DNA of 64,000 nt from Nanobdellota archaeon (GTDB lineage: Archaea; Nanobdellota; Nanobdellia; Pacearchaeales; GW2011-AR1): positions 175,315-239,314 of the forward strand of contig JBBTAN010000017.1 in NCBI GenBank assembly GCA_038044205.1. The letters are read 5' to 3'. Below are positions 60,601 through 64,000 of this stretch, piece after piece; the first letter of the stretch is position 1, and each line of letters starts with the position of its first letter. The notes under the pieces were generated by a model. The model saw only the letters and a list, made by a program, of their open reading frames with translations, was not told the DNA's origin and made no database searches. A program made the position numbers and the translations under genes.

Positions 60601-62346
60601 AATAGAAATAAGATTATATTAGATGCAGTAGCTAAATTTATAGTTTCTATTGACGATACTATGGATACTATTAATAAAGTAGAAGATATTAGACGTAAAG
60701 AATTAGCAGAAGGTAAAGATAAACTTCTGTTAACTAGAGAATATTCTATTAGCGATAAAGAAATTGTATTGAAAGAAAAATTAAAAGAATTGGAATCTAT
60801 AGAAAAAGGAATTCCTGAATTATTAAAGGATAGATATAAAACATTAGTTGGTTCTTTAAAAAATACATATAATAAATTATTTAATAATCTATTAAAAGAT
60901 GGGAAAGAAAAAGATATAACTGGAGAATTGAAGAAAATAAACGCATCTTTAGGATATGTTCCTCCTACTGATAAAGTTAATTTAAATAAAATTAATATAC
61001 AGTTATCTAAATTACTTATTAATAAATATTTTTTGAATAGTAAAACAAGTAAGGATTTGAAGACTGTATGGGATGAAATATTGAATCCAGATATAAGTGA
61101 TATTTCTGCAAAGAATAATATATTTGATAAACTAATGAAAGAATTAACTGGTGTATATAAGTCTTTATATGGTCAGTTTATAGAAAAGAATAAACAATAT
61201 GCAGAGAAGGGAGAAAAGTATACTACTTTTGATGTTCAAAAAGTAATTTTAAGTGAAGAAAAGAATGAACCTATATTATTGAGATTAGAAGAACTAAAGA
61301 AACGTTCTGAAATGTTAGGATTTAATGTATTGCCAGTATTGATAGATGATATATTTTCTTATTCTAGCATAGGAGAACCAGAGAATAAAGATAGAGATTT
61401 TTATATGTATGCTGAATATCCTAAAGTAATCAAATCAGTTGAATTTGTTTTCAATAAATTATTCGGAAAAACTGAACTGTCTGCTAATATGGATGATCTG
61501 AAAACACCTGAAGAGAAAAATAAGAAATTAAATTATTTATTAAGAACATCATTATTATTACATGTTGATAGAGATAATGTTGACGAAGAGAATTTTTATG
61601 AAAGTTTCTCTAATAATGTTGATAGTAGAACTGTATTCGCTTTATATCTTGCAAATTCAAATATAGCAACTGATATTGGAGATAATTTCTCTAAAGTATT
61701 GAAAGAATTATTGAATGAGATTTGTGCTTACAATATGTATATTAGAGAATTTATTAGTAGAAATAAACATTATGATAGCACTTCAGATGAAGAGGCTGGG
61801 TATGTTCATGAGATTGTCACAAATACATATAAAATTGTAGGTAAATCTGTAATAGAACATGCCTCCAGTATAATAAATATGTTATTAAAAACTCAATCTT
61901 TTGATTCTTTGGATATGTATATACGAGAAGGCAAAGAATTATCTGAACAAATATTTAATGGTGTTTTCGCTAAAGAATTCAGTGAACTTGTTAGCGATAT
62001 TATATTAAGAAGAGTTATTAATCCTAGAGAAGAAAAACCTAAAGTTACCGAAGAATATAAATTTAAAGAACCTGAAAAAGCTGAAGTTTATATGGAAAAA
62101 ATGAAAGGTAAACAACCAGCAGGAACATTCCCTGAAATACCTAAACCTGTAGGGAATGTTCCATCTCCTGTGAAAGAAAAACTTAATATAAAGTCAACTA
62201 CACAGACTGCATCCAGTTCAGATCAATTAAATAAAGTAGGAAATACGGTTGATAATGATGAAATAGAAGTAGAAGGAATATATAATATTTTTACAGGAGA
62301 TAGTAAGTCAATCATCCTATCTGAAAGGAGTGGACTTGAAGAGTGA
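51694..62346 (+). CDS. Giant 3550-aa largely helical orphan, probably virion-associated; last 12 codons supplied by the IscB element
   Basis: Uninterrupted 10.6-kb ORF directly after terL; no confident family motif. Confidence 0.75.
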   Translation: MEALMVSENIITSLANKSVELKNKEAEQYLLEKNKSNGKVIPLPNNMKSDASSIIKLLSSEKPEIRFTRKDLEEVESAEQVKDIIIDIVHTYWSKSPDWSAFVSDSKENDKSYIDILAEAIFMNKDQLLKESVIPEALPQAGAAGGAPGGAPPMPMAFNISKMKKSAITPDIKNSFFNFNRFKSAQTDKAIILDPKQVLGRFQGKFAYDWIGIRKNIREILRNLATIDKSLIENKNLLQSAGTTGGNPQELQAKITKLEQESNILKTTINKLYQDEENLIKNFFETSVFEGVTIKNEDKSIIANLVLSELIEKTYKTDIENCNKLLGTDWKSSITNIISKYKNIQSAVKQPTVKKEKTKEVKEKSPLHYRFLDKVYDILKELAPCSEEEDNLTFDTKKGKPYVKLGAAKLGKLDAESKYLYSRASYVKNAFSLFYRLDETPDLVEKEIDKNNKFTQYDDNELNILINRLMVVNNSMKDAVLAKSSLFSGVSELKKNTVKNITEVRKFSDDLDKQIPAIKTKEQAIALWEKVKNFFKGKGKNREEGGPVYFEGIEKLVDSYITNMGSLIKTGAIEFHAEDEVKEDKSINFTPMLVAINSYRIQQGSFAPGKTFYSRFPLDEKDCDLLINEESRKGISIFYISNNPDNTMKTFNEEINKLAQYNINKLSSLDKIDASLASIKMKLENLLTRVYSSEEETPASSQGLDYMAYRDDVFNSSAFKKYMAGYGGTTPDKQIAMPHFFEANVLLAAIIFNANKTKDSSLVADVYARCGTGNNIKVTSNELESLKQLFYDKEKVEIVIDNEKFNNFIAEGFAAFNDSIFADKRELYSRKREQADRDDSMKNIMIDGKFIYDFEKDRNKAFLTTLTPYLGTMQAIIKNCLTQGEKTSKEWGDTVDSGEEKYGVIKKSTVSINLNNYPVNDRPTVGKDVKELEKLFEAFSDSSIYSDADKLNNTVRLLKIKINNIADKTFKEEIEKAIAKPDMKKEDYLSIVSKMIEDANTTVANHDNFERAAFFALTGYLSSSRGELREASNNLFSTSNNSIAALMDVGKKLLDPGLQTFYDKTRELILRNGKLVLKDICEDKDINEKVIKAYCEKLSKYEELSKGYKNAELDVLARKSLEGKKVPADKIGELLESEKAKINKTLSDDMSLYEANVLSTSHRKLSISSALFSVNKGNFYDFLPAELKKNYEEHVPSFINFFNGFLKSQGEGKSFDSVVDKTITDYFIKIYAKNKQEPEVEKLLQSNQFNIFKKLMKNYIVSYMINVRDYNNPDADKKSVVNTVNVEPIKELKLPTNIDSRIREIERKISKETPVNYKAISTKIKSTIRNILGNEVNNQAQTVIEDTSKIGKILSIIDFYKDTGNKLSEKTNGLKDLELIFYLNDEDVKNIKSVYDEYKKVYGSIKNNANAEIFNCLQDASISLSNVTTMASEKLNKDTFNNFIESYFDRDKRETSKLLENLKSLKQLGSPSQRKLISNREKYELAITTYDLLFEPTVEKLEEIRNKILGLEGVTDKKLSREERKQLREYKEQKSAIEDVLEAKEKIKEIDEKLRSGKEDIALDNSFDLSVKKTIASGEESGLSFDEIDELVKLRSSRDRSEKYISSNLSHSKSQFYKKNVNSIVHNSILAIINEHKFGVDVNDLSLITNLLQKKLDTVADSLEKDIRQALNTNKVPSGKDILNWAISTIKDEKVLKLKSEHLSDKSNDFQYMISELVALKERIKEEDNTEVFDKYKKEFRDLVYIFSTCLTGCVSSMYGYCKSDSLLREMEKEGIKLFNEAEKNVRITDRNSRIYAYYLYKTKENFDWAINGGAIRTAYELSKSDELFNANGLERKGEDAILVNSINELIKIAPAGTVDPEKTKLISSYTNTRIEGLDTEILQLLSDVNDDKKSHLHIFLSAEEIESYESINNKLNSDELVEKESMTGEERTNIRKQKNEYMKELMVLEVKIDNNYWNEVALVLAKRFINEKDASLSRSAYAVDFAKYISKDQAVLAYWDDNYENLNRIVKEIEVYKATRSHSEEDTVKYNKNMYEIRKLTSNTEKSVQSYNAIISSNRKNVLSPEQWKESNELEERFIKLAKNYLRDKGLGERVDTYEEIKDTQDRNYIDMRYGLISLGLGLSTSTDDVGKYYEMRKQVIDGSAHKMKDKDVKRLSELEDLAALYGSKLLRRSKTPYEKMSKEEQSIYDYINLLYSSVWKGMKEEGSENSARVLNESLVEYLTNLKFMGVAQIKKNPRIKPLKDMAAQLYRIGYISTNPDEKVIAANHMASISSLAQRNEKKIAKTMGADKYREYLELNELLLGFGGSQYKDKSGPDDIDDTDITKFNDSMKVSCERAIYDDIKDNFENVNVEETNDFIKSLYILYKHTNNINIDEDINRDIINSYLNNSKKLASSKGKDKRFDAFEKIQEINISENPILEEVKNLSQTIKNILNNDFGCLIFGYGEDCEVLLGNILNDNDSKEICEAIANSIGDNYLTSSELSLIRLAIFETNMYVRKEFFDFISKGDVPIKDFVANSNIAMKNYFFANSGGSEKIIKIGKAILANRNRKYNSQFCVPKWILYQMHCAGAIRGSELFGESQSTLGKLIGRGFGAEDMAGVVLEKWMTAADRVVPTSITIDGSGNPKLRGCVNFCNNSARQRVAEELKDVKGIKKINKESLVTALNYAFKNATLTDEENEIKNTLLGESGLFTEKIITKGKKGSNNPEKVSREAKYEEFTSFMLLILPKHPEIVNDLIEKYEELRTNKNEELSKEQANISIRKWLTDHKYTVEDTSNVGSSTSIGGRRVVFNKELVSDEKISAVVRAMFESSTGKRCDFNSISIMSAFSMLLMHNNLSLSSSADIEKLEKFVEVNKEGKTLPWKSSEERAMFGSDFPVIEQLMWATLLEGYKKDERTKAKLLESDKSLSGISLTDPEVLFIKEVNEVFKSLYGKYPIHPEDDKKVKNIIARAASLMHSVAKNSYEDKNRNKIILDAVAKFIVSIDDTMDTINKVEDIRRKELAEGKDKLLLTREYSISDKEIVLKEKLKELESIEKGIPELLKDRYKTLVGSLKNTYNKLFNNLLKDGKEKDITGELKKINASLGYVPPTDKVNLNKINIQLSKLLINKYFLNSKTSKDLKTVWDEILNPDISDISAKNNIFDKLMKELTGVYKSLYGQFIEKNKQYAEKGEKYTTFDVQKVILSEEKNEPILLRLEELKKRSEMLGFNVLPVLIDDIFSYSSIGEPENKDRDFYMYAEYPKVIKSVEFVFNKLFGKTELSANMDDLKTPEEKNKKLNYLLRTSLLLHVDRDNVDEENFYESFSNNVDSRTVFALYLANSNIATDIGDNFSKVLKELLNEICAYNMYIREFISRNKHYDSTSDEEAGYVHEIVTNTYKIVGKSVIEHASSIINMLLKTQSFDSLDMYIREGKELSEQIFNGVFAKEFSELVSDIILRRVINPREEKPKVTEEYKFKEPEKAEVYMEKMKGKQPAGTFPEIPKPVGNVPSPVKEKLNIKSTTQTASSSDQLNKVGNTVDNDEIEVEGIYNIFTGDSKSIILSERSGLEE

Positions 62347-62564
62347 TCTTTAAGGGTAACTGGTTGATTAGGAGGCATGTATTCATGCAGAAGTTACATG
62401 GAGAGTTAAAGAACACACCAGGGGATGTAAAATTACTCCTAGTCCCCTGCTCTGTAAATCCTGGATTAAACAAAGAGGAAACTCTTAGTGTTCAGGATAA
62501 AGTACTGCCATGTAACATCTCCGAAGGAGTCCAACCCCAATCACATACTGGGGGACTTACAGTC
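62307..62564 (+). ncRNA. IscB omegaRNA scaffold; guide predicted from the 5' flank (~62287-62306)
   Basis: Structured, GC-richer region directly upstream of the PLMP ORF (CAGGGGA/TCCCCTG and ATCCTG/CAGGAT stems). Confidence 0.7.
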
Positions 62565-63740
62565 ATGGCGTATGTTTTATCAAAGGAGGGGTTTCCTTTG
62601 ATGCCTTGTTCAACAGTCAAAGCAAAACATTTATTAAAGGAGAAGAAAGCCCATGTTGTAAAAAGAATACCTTTTACTATCCAATTAAATTTTATTTGTG
62701 AAAATAAAACACAGGATGTAATTTTAGGGATAGATCCAGGATATAAGAATATAGGATTTTCATGTGTAAGTGATAAGAAAGAATTGATGTCAGGTGAATT
62801 AGTATTAGATGATAAAACATCGGATAGAATAAAAGAAAAGAAAATGTATAGGAAATTGAGGAGAAGTAGGTTATGGTATAGGGAACCAAGATTTAATAAT
62901 AGGAAAAGGAAAGGAGTCTGGTTATCTCCTTCTCATCAAAGAAAATATGATACTCATATTAATTTAATAGAGAGAAAATTAAAAAGTATATTACCGATAA
63001 CAAAAACAATAGTAGAGAATTGTAATTTTGATATACAGAAATTAGAAAATCCGGATATAGAAGGAATAGGTTATCAGCAAGGTGAATTGTATCAATATGA
63101 GAATATTAGAAGTTATTTAATGGAGAGGGAGGAGGGTAAATGTCAATTATGTAAAAAAGGATTTAGTAGGGGAAATCCTAGTCATATTCATCACAATAAA
63201 CCAAGAAGTGAATCAGGAAGTAATAGGGTAAAGAATTTAGTTTTATTACATAAAAGAGGATGTCATAGAAAGGTTCACGATAAGAATATAAAATTATCTC
63301 CTGCTAGGGAATATAAAGGATCAACCTTTATGAATATAATAAAGAATAAATTTATTGAGGATATAAAAGATATAGAATTTACATATGGGTATATAACTAA
63401 GATAAAGAGAATGGAATTAGGATTAGAAAAGAGTCATGTAAATGATGCTTTTATTATTGCTGGTGGGGAAAGAAAGGAAAGAGTAAGAAGTTATATAATA
63501 GAACAGAGACATAGACATAATAGAGTATTCCAATTGAATAGAAAAGGACATAAACCATCAATAAAGACTCATATATATAAAATACAACCTAAAGATAAGA
63601 TATGGGTTAGTGGAAAGATATATAAAGTGGTTGGAATGAAAAATAAAGGATTGTATGTAAAAGTTGAAGGTATGAAAAAAGATATTCCTATTAGGAATAT
63701 AGATAAAATATATAAATATGGGAGTTTGGTGTGGAATTAA
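62565..63740 (+). CDS. iscB: IscB RNA-guided HNH/RuvC endonuclease (start corrected from 62343)
   Basis: PLMPC, PFTIQL, LGIDPG (RuvC-I), Arg-rich bridge helix, IVENCNFD, CQLC...HIHH..N..N...H (HNH), SHVNDA. Confidence 0.95.
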   Translation: MAYVLSKEGFPLMPCSTVKAKHLLKEKKAHVVKRIPFTIQLNFICENKTQDVILGIDPGYKNIGFSCVSDKKELMSGELVLDDKTSDRIKEKKMYRKLRRSRLWYREPRFNNRKRKGVWLSPSHQRKYDTHINLIERKLKSILPITKTIVENCNFDIQKLENPDIEGIGYQQGELYQYENIRSYLMEREEGKCQLCKKGFSRGNPSHIHHNKPRSESGSNRVKNLVLLHKRGCHRKVHDKNIKLSPAREYKGSTFMNIIKNKFIEDIKDIEFTYGYITKIKRMELGLEKSHVNDAFIIAGGERKERVRSYIIEQRHRHNRVFQLNRKGHKPSIKTHIYKIQPKDKIWVSGKIYKVVGMKNKGLYVKVEGMKKDIPIRNIDKIYKYGSLVWN

Positions 63741-63802
63741 TACAGAAAGGAGGCCGCGATTCTTCCCCTACCTAAAGGAAGGGGATTCCCTCGCGGAAGG
63801 TT

Positions 63803-64000
63803 ATGAAATTTAATTTAAGAAAACAGAGTCAATTAACAGAAAAAATGTTAGAGAAATTAAGAGATGATAATCTTGACGCTCTTATTGAGCATGAATTCAA
63901 TAAGGATAGGAGTGGAGAAGACAGAACTCTAACTGAACACATGCTAAATGAAAATAGAGATAAAGACCAGGACCAGATATTACCTGAAGGTAGATTTGAA
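63803..64000 (+). CDS. Partial hypothetical protein (MKFNLRKQSQ...), runs off the window
   Basis: Open frame from ATG 63803 to the end; GGAAGG upstream. Confidence 0.6.
   Translation, partial: MKFNLRKQSQLTEKMLEKLRDDNLDALIEHEFNKDRSGEDRTLTEHMLNENRDKDQDQILPEGRFE

Larger units (their letters stand above)
62307..63802 (+). mobile_element. Non-autonomous IscB (IS200/IS605 OMEGA) element
   Basis: Left end GTCAATCATCC...GGTTGATTAG; iscB; right-end hairpin TTCCCCT..AGGGGA (63763-63785); followed by ATGAAA. Confidence 0.85.

Noticed and set aside
51694-62346. Giant ORF as a virion RNA polymerase or tape-measure protein
   Set aside because: No DxDGD/DFDID catalytic motif found and no Ala/Gly-rich tape-measure periodicity; left as an orphan
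62343-62564. N-terminal 74 aa of the 465-aa ORF as part of IscB
   Set aside because: This stretch is the structured omegaRNA region; IscB normally begins just before the PLMP motif (ATG 62565)
4703-62889. Numerous 60-170 aa antisense or overlapping ORFs in the ORF track (e.g. 4703-4930, 14573-14902, 27175-27621, 29483-29989, 46604-46906)
   Set aside because: They are shadows of longer genes on the other strand or frame, with F/I/L-biased composition and no convincing RBS
1-64000. Stop-codon reassignment (seen in some large phages), tRNA/rRNA genes, CRISPR arrays
   Set aside because: Code 11 gives dense, full-length genes ending in TAA, TAG and TGA; no cloverleaf, rRNA-like or repeat-spacer pattern was recognised by eye

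Overview
Strongly AT-rich, gene-dense fragment that reads as part of a large (jumbo/huge) tailed-phage genome, using the standard genetic code. It has a terminase large subunit (49805-51646), probable virion proteins (a LamG/Gly-rich protein, a head-tail-like protein and a 3550-aa orphan) and no cellular housekeeping operons. Accessory content: about 20 glycan synthesis/modification genes in several blocks (many are multi-domain fusions), two restriction-modification-like loci (one with a frameshifted methyltransferase), RNase HII, an AAA ATPase, a TnpB with an upstream ribbon-helix-helix gene, and an intact IscB/omegaRNA element whose empty site can be reconstructed. Most notable: (1) six consecutive, otherwise unrelated small orphan proteins, plus 1-3 dispersed ones, share a C-terminal [IV]F[DEG][AS]LE[IF]-stop tag; (2) immediately upstream lies a splicease-like radical SAM enzyme with three V-x-[IM]-YGV motifs in its own C-terminal tail; (3) two recurring intergenic promoter-like motifs (CCAAYTGATCCG-N21-ATTRT and AGGA-N18-GAATA); (4) an 84-aa, 35-Tyr insert inside a LamG domain. 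All family calls come from motif recognition by eye; no database search was run.
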